Virus record (IMG/VR): IMGVR_UViG_3300027861_000010
Reading direction: 5' to 3' (one strand)
DNA length: 64,000 nt
Source of the DNA: a virus
Position numbers and translations under genes: made by a program. Shown one piece after another: positions 7,737-16,800 of the stretch. The notes under the pieces were generated by a model that saw only the letters and a list, made by a program, of their open reading frames with translations, did not search any database and was not told the DNA's origin. The stretch's first letter is position 1. The number at the start of each line of letters is the position of its first letter.

Positions 7737-10031
7737 ATGCTTACAGCAGAAGCCCGTGTGGAGTTGTTGTCTGAAGGCAGTGAAGAACGTCGTAACGGAA
7801 GCCTGACAGTCACGAAACGGAATAGCGATGTTGTTCCGTTCGACGTCCACCGGATTGAGAAGGCCATGCTTGCTTGCATGGTAGATGATCTCAGTTATGA
7901 GTTGGACAAAGCAGAGCCAATTGCGAAGAGTGTTGCCAAGCAGGTTCACAACCTGTTGTGTTTTGAGAAGCAGCCAGTCAGTGTTGAAGTCATTCAGAAT
8001 CTGGTTGAAGCCCAGTTGATGGCTTACGGTTACTATGATGTAGCCAAGCAGTACATTCTCTTCCGCGACGAGAAGCGAAGACTTCGCGAGTCAGCGGAAA
8101 TCCCTGATGAAGTTGTCGAAGCCTTCAAGGCCAATGACAAATACTTCTCTAACGAGATCCAGAAGTTTCAGGCTCTCGACAAGTTTGCTCGGTTCGATCA
8201 TGAACGGGGTCGTCGCGAAACGTGGCCAGAAACTTGTGCCCGTGTCATCAAGTACTTCAAGTGGCACTGCGACAATAAAGGCTACGAAATTACTCCGACA
8301 TATTGGGACCTGTTGGAGCGAAGCCTGCTCGATCTCAAAGCGTCACCCTCGATGCGTTGTGTGCAGATGGCAGGTCCGGCACTGGAGCGGTGCCAGGTCG
8401 GTGTCTACAACTGCTCATTCCAGTTTCTACAAAGCACCCGTGATCTTACCGAAGAGCTTTATGTTCTGATGCAGGGAACGGGTGTTGGCTTTTCAGTGGA
8501 GTACGAGTACGCGACTGAGAAGTTTCCTCGAGTCAAGCGACAGAAGAAGGACGCCGAAGTTGCCACTCACGTCATTGAGGATACGACAGAGGGTTGGTGT
8601 GAGGCATATCGTCTCGGGCTCGATACTTGGTGGGGCGGCCACGATATCAAGTTTGACTTCAGTCAAATTCGTGAAGCCGGTGCTCCGCTCAAGATTAAAG
8701 GCGGCAAGGCATCTGGCCCGGGTCCGTTGAAGGACCTTCTGGAATTTGCCCGTACTCGCATCTTGTTAAAACAAGGTAAGGCCCTTTCCAGTCTCGATCT
8801 CCACGACATCAACTGTTATGCCCACCGCATTGTCCGGATGGGCGGCGTTCGCAGAGCTAGTGGCATATCGTTGACCGATCTTCACGATCGAGAAATGCGG
8901 GATTGCAAGCAGGGCGAGTTTTGGACTCACGACGAGCAGCGAAATCAGGCCAACAATTCTGCCGTCTATAACGAGAAGCCTGATCCGTTGGTTTGGATGG
9001 AAGAGTGGTTAGCGTTGGCTCGAAGCGGGTCGGGAGAGCGAGGCATCTTCAACCGTGGTGCTCTGAAGGCTCAGTTTCCTAAGCGGCGAAAGACACGCGG
9101 TCAACTGTTTGGCACCAACCCTTGTGGTGAGATCATTCTGCGGCACAAGCAGTTCTGTAATCTCTCCATTGCTGTGATTCGTCCGACTGACACGTTGGAG
9201 ACTATTACTGAGAAAGTTATCCTTGCTACGATCTGGGGTACGCTTCAGTCCACAATGACTGATTTCCAGTACATCGGTGACGAATGGAAGAAGAACAGCG
9301 AGGAAGAGCGTTTGCTTGGTGTCGACTTACTCGGCTTCCTTGACCACCCGTTGTTTCAGGATGACGACAAAGCTGGTCCGATCCTGGATGAACTTCGCGA
9401 GGTTGTGAACCGAACCAACCAAGAGTGGGCTGACGCGTTGGGTGTTTCAGCTTCCACAGCTACGACCTGCATCAAACCTTCTGGCGACAGCAGTGTGTTC
9501 TTCGGGACCGCGGCTGGCTTCAAAGGGCACCACGGCGAGCACTATGTTCGTCGTACCCGAGCAAATAACACTAATCCGGTAGCTCAGATGCTGCGGGATG
9601 AAGGTGTTCCTTGCTTTACTGACTATGATGGCAGCGGGTTGGTACTTGAGTTTCCGATGAAGGCACCTAAAGGCGGCGTCTTACTGAAAGATCAAACAGC
9701 TCTGAGTCAGCTGGAGAAGTGGAAAACCTTCAAGCTTCATTGGACAGAGCACAATCCGAGCGTCACGATTTACGTGCGACCGGAAGAATGGCTGGACGTC
9801 GGCAAATGGGTTTACGACAATTGGAATATCGTTGGCGGACTCAGCTTTCTGCCGTATGATGGTGGTGTGTATCACTTGGCTCCGTACGAGGCGATTACTA
9901 AGGAAGACTTCGATAAACGCGTTTCGTTGTTTCCTGAAGTGAACTGGGCCAAGCTTGTTCGTTACGAAAAGTCGGACATGACTGATCTACACCAGCAGGT
10001 TGCGTGTACCGGGGGTGCCTGTGAGATCTGA
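7737..10031 (+). CDS. nrdJ: Class II (adenosylcobalamin-dependent) ribonucleotide reductase with N-terminal ATP-cone
   Basis: ATP-cone VTKRNSDVVPFDVHRIEKAM; RRETWPET; SPSMR; YNCSF; TNPCGEI; TCIKPSG; HNPSVT; C-terminal ACTGGACEI. Confidence 0.9.
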   Translation: MLTAEARVELLSEGSEERRNGSLTVTKRNSDVVPFDVHRIEKAMLACMVDDLSYELDKAEPIAKSVAKQVHNLLCFEKQPVSVEVIQNLVEAQLMAYGYYDVAKQYILFRDEKRRLRESAEIPDEVVEAFKANDKYFSNEIQKFQALDKFARFDHERGRRETWPETCARVIKYFKWHCDNKGYEITPTYWDLLERSLLDLKASPSMRCVQMAGPALERCQVGVYNCSFQFLQSTRDLTEELYVLMQGTGVGFSVEYEYATEKFPRVKRQKKDAEVATHVIEDTTEGWCEAYRLGLDTWWGGHDIKFDFSQIREAGAPLKIKGGKASGPGPLKDLLEFARTRILLKQGKALSSLDLHDINCYAHRIVRMGGVRRASGISLTDLHDREMRDCKQGEFWTHDEQRNQANNSAVYNEKPDPLVWMEEWLALARSGSGERGIFNRGALKAQFPKRRKTRGQLFGTNPCGEIILRHKQFCNLSIAVIRPTDTLETITEKVILATIWGTLQSTMTDFQYIGDEWKKNSEEERLLGVDLLGFLDHPLFQDDDKAGPILDELREVVNRTNQEWADALGVSASTATTCIKPSGDSSVFFGTAAGFKGHHGEHYVRRTRANNTNPVAQMLRDEGVPCFTDYDGSGLVLEFPMKAPKGGVLLKDQTALSQLEKWKTFKLHWTEHNPSVTIYVRPEEWLDVGKWVYDNWNIVGGLSFLPYDGGVYHLAPYEAITKEDFDKRVSLFPEVNWAKLVRYEKSDMTDLHQQVACTGGACEI

Positions 10032-10057
10032 CATTGCAAGGGAATGCAGGTCGATAG

Positions 10058-10086
10058 AGGTCACGCTCCGGCGTGGCCTTTTTTTT
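10058..10086 (+). terminator. Intrinsic terminator after nrdJ
   Basis: AGGTCACGC-TCCG-GCGTGGCCT followed by a T run. Confidence 0.85.
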
Positions 10087-10161
10087 GTTAATCTAGCGGC
10101 TTTGTCAGTCAATACGTTAAGCTGATACCGTCCCTGAAGCCGTTGGCCGGAGGAAAATAGA

Positions 10162-11271
10162 GTGACCACGGACGAGATCCACCTGAATCCGGAACAAGCC
10201 CTGGATGTTGGCCTTTGGGCTGATTTCCCAGGCACGATTGACCATTTGGTCGAGAAGTGTGCAGCACCTGCCCGGGATCTGCGTCAGGCCGTGTCGTCGA
10301 TTTATACCAAATCTGACATAGGTGTTTACTGGAATCCGACGTACGAGAAGGCCGGTTTGTACGTTCGACCTGAGTTGAACGAGGAGGAATTCGATTGGTG
10401 CCTAAACGCAATAATCGAAAAGGTCGGAGCCGACCATGTCAAGACTGAGCCGCTGACAAGCGACGACTTGCAGGATTGGTGGGTCAAAGTTGCTTACTCA
10501 CCAACGCTTCGACGGATAGCTGAAGCTCTTCAGTTCTTACCTTCCAAAGACATTCCAGGTTTCGGTGGCCGACCCATTGCGTCCTCCATTGCTTCTGGAC
10601 TGTTGGGAGCCGGATTGGGTTACGGCGGCGGCTACCTGATGGACAAGATGACGCCGAAAGGACTTGGCGACGGTCGAATGCGATACTGGGGTGCAGCTTT
10701 AGGCGGGCTGGGCGGAGCAGGATTGGGAGCGACACCGGGGCTCGTCAACTGGCACGACGGACGTAAGTTCAACGACAACACACTTTGGTCTGGATTTCCC
10801 GAAGACGGTTGGGAACCCGATCTACCGCAGTCCGAACAGTACAAGAAAGCAGTTGACGCCTTTGTTACGAAGAATGCATTCCAGGTTCATCCGACAGGGC
10901 ATGCGTCTACAATAGGTGGACCTTCGTTTGCAGAAGCTCCGCTGATCCGAACAAATGAACTCGGTAATGTCCTTTGGGGCACCCGAGCAAACCCACAGAC
11001 AACTGCCATGACTATGGGAGCTGTTTATGGTGCGAACCAGATGCCTGATCCCCGATCACGCCCTGGAGTTGTGACTCCCCACCAGACTGGTTTACTCGGT
11101 ATGGCTATGGGAGCAGCCGGTGGCGGCATCAAAGGGTACGCCACAGGCTACGTTGTTGGGAAAGGTCTCGGTATACTGACAGGCATGCCTGAAGGTACAC
11201 AACAAAAACTGAGGCAAACTGGTGCCACATTGGGTATCATCAATTCGCTGGTACCCCGCTTGTTCAATTAA
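10162..11271 (+). CDS. Putative virion internal/ejection protein with glycine-zipper segments and K-x-A sites
   Basis: GLLGAGLGYGGG, AALGGLGGAGLGA, GLLGMAMGAAGGG; sites KCAA, KVAY, KKAV, KNAF; GGAGG RBS with GTG start. Confidence 0.55.
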   Translation: MTTDEIHLNPEQALDVGLWADFPGTIDHLVEKCAAPARDLRQAVSSIYTKSDIGVYWNPTYEKAGLYVRPELNEEEFDWCLNAIIEKVGADHVKTEPLTSDDLQDWWVKVAYSPTLRRIAEALQFLPSKDIPGFGGRPIASSIASGLLGAGLGYGGGYLMDKMTPKGLGDGRMRYWGAALGGLGGAGLGATPGLVNWHDGRKFNDNTLWSGFPEDGWEPDLPQSEQYKKAVDAFVTKNAFQVHPTGHASTIGGPSFAEAPLIRTNELGNVLWGTRANPQTTAMTMGAVYGANQMPDPRSRPGVVTPHQTGLLGMAMGAAGGGIKGYATGYVVGKGLGILTGMPEGTQQKLRQTGATLGIINSLVPRLFN

Positions 11272-11284
11272 GAGGAACACTTAG

Positions 11285-11734
11285 ATGACAATTTACGACG
11301 ACTTGAAGGCCGGGATCGACAAGATCATCGCCGACTACAAAGCTGCCAATGCCGATGGTAAGCTTTCGTTCTCTGAAATCTTTACGCTGGTCGGCAATGC
11401 GATTGCAACTTTCGTCCAGCTGATTGAAAATTTCGGAAGCGGCACTGGAGCCGAAAAGAAAGCTGCTGTGTTGGCGGCGATTGACCAGTTGTTCGACGAA
11501 GTGATCATTCCGATCGACATCAAAGGGATTCCGAACATGCTGGAGGGTATCGTTGATAAGGCCCTCAAGCAGTTGGTCCTGACGTTGGCCGATGGTTGGG
11601 TCGATTCGATCGTTAACATTTTCAACAAGACCGGTTGGGGATCGCCAGGTGGCCAACCTGCCGGAGACCCAGAAAACCCACAAGGTGCCAGCCCTGGCAT
11701 TCCAGGCTCGCCCCCAGGATTTGAAGCCTACTAA
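11285..11734 (+). CDS. Hypothetical helical protein with Pro/Gly tail
   Basis: GAGG RBS; amphipathic helices; GAEKKAAVL. Confidence 0.55.
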   Translation: MTIYDDLKAGIDKIIADYKAANADGKLSFSEIFTLVGNAIATFVQLIENFGSGTGAEKKAAVLAAIDQLFDEVIIPIDIKGIPNMLEGIVDKALKQLVLTLADGWVDSIVNIFNKTGWGSPGGQPAGDPENPQGASPGIPGSPPGFEAY

Positions 11735-11744
11735 GGTTAGGTTC

Positions 11745-11758
11745 AAAATCCGGATTTT
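11745..11758. repeat. Dispersed 14-bp palindrome, perfect copy AAAATCCGGATTTT
   Basis: Perfect inverted repeat, intergenic, abutting the RBS of the next gene. Confidence 0.8.
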
Positions 11759-11769
11759 AGGAGACTCTC

Positions 11770-12168
11770 ATGGCGATGCTACTTGGTAATCAACACGGTG
11801 TGGTGTTCTTTGGACCATCAAAGAATCCAAAAGCGGTTCGTTGGTGGGCTGAACGAGGCCAGTTACACTGGGAAGACTCTCGGGATAATGGTTACGGCAC
11901 AGTAGGCATCAGAGAGTTTCTGCTTCGGCTTCAGGGGATCAACGACATGATCTCTAACGGCAAACGCAAGGACAATGAAGGGTTCATGCATGCCGATGAA
12001 ATCGAAAGACATCAACGGTTTATCGAGGAAGCCCTGGAACTGGTCAAAAAGGCCAAAGAACAGGGCGACCCCGATGACGTTCGCGTACGTAAACACAAGG
12101 CCCAAGATCGGCCTATGACTATGGTGATGCCCTCCAGTCTGTCGGCTGGCAAGGGTGTGGAATTTTAG
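11770..12168 (+). CDS. Hypothetical protein
   Basis: AGGAG RBS; 132-aa ORF. Confidence 0.6.
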   Translation: MAMLLGNQHGVVFFGPSKNPKAVRWWAERGQLHWEDSRDNGYGTVGIREFLLRLQGINDMISNGKRKDNEGFMHADEIERHQRFIEEALELVKKAKEQGDPDDVRVRKHKAQDRPMTMVMPSSLSAGKGVEF

Positions 12169-12178
12169 GAGAGCAGGG

Positions 12179-12565
12179 ATGCATCCACGAGAAGCGTTCA
12201 AAATTGGTTTTTTGGCCAGATGTGTCGAGCAGGGTCTCTCTCCTGAGGATACTCGTGCTTTGGCTAAGTCCGCTTCGGACTGTTTTGAGAAGGCGGGATT
12301 CTCCGGCTTCAAAGATGTACTCGACACCGCTAAAGGTATCGGGTACCCAGCATTAGCTGCGGCAGCGGCTGCTCCGATCGCTCTCGGCGGCGGGGCGGCA
12401 TACTTTGCCAATAAAGCAACAGACACCGATGCGACGGATATTGAGGAGATCAAGCAGAAAGAGCTGGTCGATACTTACCGTCGCATGGCTGATCAGTTGC
12501 GTCGACAACGCAAAATGCGAGATTACAAAGCAGAACGAAAGCGGACAGGCCAAGTGTTCCTGTAA
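12179..12565 (+). CDS. Putative processed virion protein with single hydrophobic segment
   Basis: AFKIGFLARCVEQG leader, KSAS and EKAG sites, ALAAAAAAPIALGGGAAYF segment, basic coiled tail; start placed at ATG 12179. Confidence 0.55.
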   Translation: MHPREAFKIGFLARCVEQGLSPEDTRALAKSASDCFEKAGFSGFKDVLDTAKGIGYPALAAAAAAPIALGGGAAYFANKATDTDATDIEEIKQKELVDTYRRMADQLRRQRKMRDYKAERKRTGQVFL

Positions 12566-12574
12566 GGAAAAGGC

Positions 12575-12955
12575 ATGTCAAATAGCTTGGTGAAGTTCAC
12601 CAGCCGGAAGGATGGAAATGGTCGTGGCGAATTATTCTGGGGAAGGGCGGACATTGATGGTCTACCGTTTCGTGGCCACAACCCTCCGTCCATGCGGCAG
12701 GATGAGTTTGAAGAACGAGTCGTTCGAGTCGCGGACCCTAAGAACGGGACGTTCTACACGGGTGACGACGAGGAGAATGCAGCTTTTCTGAAAGTCATGG
12801 ATGGTATCACCAACAGCTGGTACCACATGATCTTCATTGAGCGTTGGCGAGAAGAAGGCGACAAACATCATTACGTTTATGTGGAGTGGGTAGAGTTCTT
12901 CCTTGAGGATGGGAAGCCGACACCTTACGCCCCACCAAGTTCAACAGGGATGTGA
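12575..12955 (+). CDS. Hypothetical protein
   Basis: AAGG RBS; 126-aa ORF coupled to neighbours. Confidence 0.6.
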   Translation: MSNSLVKFTSRKDGNGRGELFWGRADIDGLPFRGHNPPSMRQDEFEERVVRVADPKNGTFYTGDDEENAAFLKVMDGITNSWYHMIFIERWREEGDKHHYVYVEWVEFFLEDGKPTPYAPPSSTGM

Positions 12956-13848
12956 TCATGGATCAGAAAACAGCTGAAGAGTTGCTCCAACAAGTGCGAG
13001 CAGCCGCGGAAGAGAAACAGGCCGAGACTGGTTACTCCGGCCTGACCGGTATGTTGTCTAGCATTGGCAAAAGCCAGCCGGACTACGATAACCTGGCTAC
13101 GGCTGTTCGATCCCAGGCAAACTCGAAGATGCAGCAAGGAGCCATGAGCAACGTCATCAAGGCGATGCTTTTGGCTGGCGGAGCTGGTGCTGGCCTTCGA
13201 GGGCTGACAGGTCTTCAACGCATGTTTTCTGGCCAATCTAAGCCGGTATCCAGTCGGACAGTGGACATGCCTGTGGCGTATCCGGTTTCTCCTGAAGAAG
13301 AAGAAGAGAAGACTGCGGAGATCGGTAACTCGAAAGCCACTGCAAACTACGGGTTGAACTGGTACATCCCGTCCATGGTGTTGGGAGCACCGCTGGCTGC
13401 TTACGGGGGCTGGAAAGGCGTCGATGCTATTCTGGATACACAGCGTCGAAAGAAGACCGAATCCGACCTTGATGATGCGAAGAAAAAGTACCAACAAGCT
13501 TTGTTGGGCTCCTACAAGATGTCGGCGGATGAGCAGTCACCAGAAGACGTGCTCGACGCTGTGTTCGACGAACATTACAGCAAGTCCGCTGAAGAAGAAG
13601 GATTCATCGGCGGACTCATCAATCGTTACGCTCCCAATCTTCCCGGCATCAGTCAAGGCTTGGCAGCAGCCTACGCCATTCCGGCCACGGTAGGTGGCTA
13701 CGCTGTTGTTAATTCAATCATGAAGAAGAAGAGCAAGCGAGCTTTGCTTCAGAAAGCCATGCGTGAACGGGCTCGACGACAAGCTCAATCGCAACCTGCA
13801 GAGCTGTATGCAATTCCGCATCCTAAGGAAGAAGAGCAAGAGGTTTAA
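12952..13848 (+). CDS. Putative virion polyprotein with three K-x-A-delimited hydrophobic modules
   Basis: KQAE..MLLAGGAGAGLRGL; KTAE..MVLGAPLAAYGGW; KSAE..GLAAAYAIPATVGGYAVV; each followed by basic residues. Confidence 0.55.
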   Translation: MIMDQKTAEELLQQVRAAAEEKQAETGYSGLTGMLSSIGKSQPDYDNLATAVRSQANSKMQQGAMSNVIKAMLLAGGAGAGLRGLTGLQRMFSGQSKPVSSRTVDMPVAYPVSPEEEEEKTAEIGNSKATANYGLNWYIPSMVLGAPLAAYGGWKGVDAILDTQRRKKTESDLDDAKKKYQQALLGSYKMSADEQSPEDVLDAVFDEHYSKSAEEEGFIGGLINRYAPNLPGISQGLAAAYAIPATVGGYAVVNSIMKKKSKRALLQKAMRERARRQAQSQPAELYAIPHPKEEEQEV

Positions 13849-13854
13849 CAAAGC

Positions 13855-16800
13855 ATGGAACCGCTCACGCCAAATCTGCTTGAGCCTTCGACTCCATCTT
13901 TGCTGTCCTCGGCTCCTATCTCTCCACCAAGTCCTCTGCCTGCTCAGCAGCCAGAGGATGATTTTCGTGAATTCGGTGATACCGACAAGACGCGGTCGAG
14001 CATTTACCAACGAGTGCTCCAGGCGGCTCAGTCAATTGAGCCAATTACCAATGAGCGTCACACTCTGCGATTGACCGGGGTCGACTATCAAGACCCCGAT
14101 CGCGTCAGTAAGCGAGATCAGAAAGCCGCTATCCTGGGCGGGTTAAGTCGAGGCCGGAGGCTCCGAGGAACTTGGGAGCTGATGGATAACGCCACAGGTC
14201 AGGTGCTGGATCAGAAGAAGTCCGTATTGATGACCGTGCCTCACATGACGGAACGAGGTACCTTTATCAACAAAGGGACTGAGTACACGTTGAAGAACCA
14301 GCAACGATTGCTTCCAGGAGTGTATACGCGAGTCCGTGACAACGGTGAGATTGAGTCCCACGCCAATATCATGCCCGGCAAGGGAGTTTCGCACCGTTAT
14401 TTCCTTGACCCAGAGAAGGGTGTATTCAAGATCCGATTGGGTCAAGGCACCGTCGGACTAATGCCACTGCTCAAGGCAATGGGAGCTAAACCGGGGCAGC
14501 TTAAAGAAGCCTGGGGCCGGGACCTTTTTGCGTCAAACTACAACGCAGACGACGCCACAGAGTATAAGAAACTCAAGCAGAAGTTTCTTACAAAGAAGGA
14601 ACTCGAAGGCGAAGAGAACGAACAACGGGAAGCGTTGGTCAACAAGTTTGCCAGCATGGAGATGGATCCGCAGGTCACCAGCCGGACGCTGGGCAAGCCT
14701 CATCAAGGGCTGACACTGGACGCTGTCCTGGATATTACGAAGAAGTTGGTTGCGGTCTCTAAGAATGAGGCCGAGCCAGATGATCGAGACTCACTGACGT
14801 TCCAACAGTTTGTCGGGCCGGAAGATTTGTTCGCTGAGCGAATCAAGCGGGACAAGGGTGGCCTGCGTCGAAATCTGTTGTGGAAGATGTCTGGTAAAGG
14901 CAATCTAAAAGGGATGCCGTCCTCGGCTCTCAATAAACAACTGATGGCCGCGTTGATGACTTCAGGTCTGGGTCAGGCGATCGAAGAGATCAATCCTGCT
15001 GAACTTTATGACAAGTCGACGGCAGTTAGTCGTTTAGGGGAGGGCGGCATTCCTTCAACAGATGCGATCCCGAAAGAAGCTCGGAGTGTCCAACCAAGCA
15101 TGCTGGGCTACATCGACCCAGTGCGAACGCCAGAGTCCGGCAAGGTGGGTGTAGACACTTACTTGGCTCGAGGTGCTCGTAAGGGAAAGGACGGAAAACT
15201 CTACTCACAGTTCCGCGACGTAAAGACAGGGAAACTGCTTTACAAGTCGCCGCAGGATGTGGCGGATATGACCATTGCCTTCCCAGGCAGTATGGATCAA
15301 CGCAGCAAACGAGTTGCAGCCATGCGTAACGGGAAGATGACGTACGTGCCGAAGGATGAAGTTGATCTGGTGTTGCCTTCAATGGAGGAGGCATTTAATC
15401 CGTTGTCCAACATCATTCCTATGAAGAGTCAGGTGAAAGGGCAACGGTTGGTGATGGCGTCTCGAATGACGACGCAAGCCTTGCCGATCGTGGACGCCGA
15501 AGCTCCGTTGGTACAGTCAGCAATTCCGGACACAGATGGCAACCAAAGTTACGAAGAACTGTACTCAAACAATATGGGAGCGTTGCGGGCTCCCCAGGGT
15601 GGTGTTGTCAAAAGTGTTGATGACGACGGGATCACAGTTCGATACGAAGACGGCACCGAGGAAACTCACGATCTGTATCAGAACTTCCCGTTCAACCGAA
15701 AGACGTTCATTCACCAAACTGCAAACGTAAAGCCCGGTGATCAGTTTAAGCCAGATCAGTTGCTGGCCTATTCCAATTACACAGACAAAGGTGGAGCAAC
15801 AGCTCTCGGTAGGAACGCCAGAACCGCTTACATTGCCTGGCAGGGAAAGAACTTTGAAGACGCTGTGGTTGTCTCAGAAAGCTTTGCTCGGAAAATGTCT
15901 TCTGAGCACATGTATCAACACGACTTGGAGGTCGATGATAAGACGAAGGTTGGAAAGAAGCAGTTCATCCAACAGTTCCCAGGTAAGTTCGACAAAGCGA
16001 CACTCGCTAAGCTCGACGAGAACGGAGTCATCAAACCTGGAACTGTCGTGAACTATGGTGATCCTTTGATTCTCGGGGTTACACAGCGAGAAGCGGCCCA
16101 CAACAAGGTTCACAAGAAAGGTCAATCGGGGTTTAACGATGCAACAGTCACTTGGAATCATCACGACGCTGGCACCATTACCGATGTGGTTATGGGCAAA
16201 AAAGGGCCGACTGTCGTTGTTAAAGCATCCTCCCCAACCCAGACCGGCGACAAGCTATCAGGCCGTTACGGTGACAAAGGAGTCATTGCTGACATCATCC
16301 CAGACGGTGAAATGCCGCATAACGGTGATGGTCAGCCCTTTGAAGTGTTACTCAATCCGCTCGGAGTAATCACTCGAACCAATCCGGCTCAGATGGCTGA
16401 GTTACTTCTTGGCAAGATTGCGGCCAAACGCGGCAAGCCGATCAAAGTGCAGGACTTTGACTCCCAGAAGGACATGGCTGCCTGGGTCATGGAGGAACTG
16501 GGCCGGGAAGGCCTATCCGATCTCGAAGATGTCCTCGATCCGTCCAAGGATCAGAAGGTCAAAGGAATCGCTACGGGCAACCGGTTCTTTATGAAGCTGC
16601 ACCACACAGCTGAGTCCAAGGGACAAAGCCGCGGCGGCGGGTCTTACACGATGGAGGACACACCGGCTAAGGGAGGGTCAGAGGGTTCCAAGCGTGTCGG
16701 CATGTTGGATACCAACGCACTGTTGTCTCACGGAGCTACGGCGACTCTGCAAGACGTCAGCTCTGTACGTGGACAGAAGAATGACGAGTACTGGATGCAG

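Noticed and set aside
11285-11734. Holin call
   Set aside because: No clear transmembrane helix and no endolysin nearby; left hypothetical
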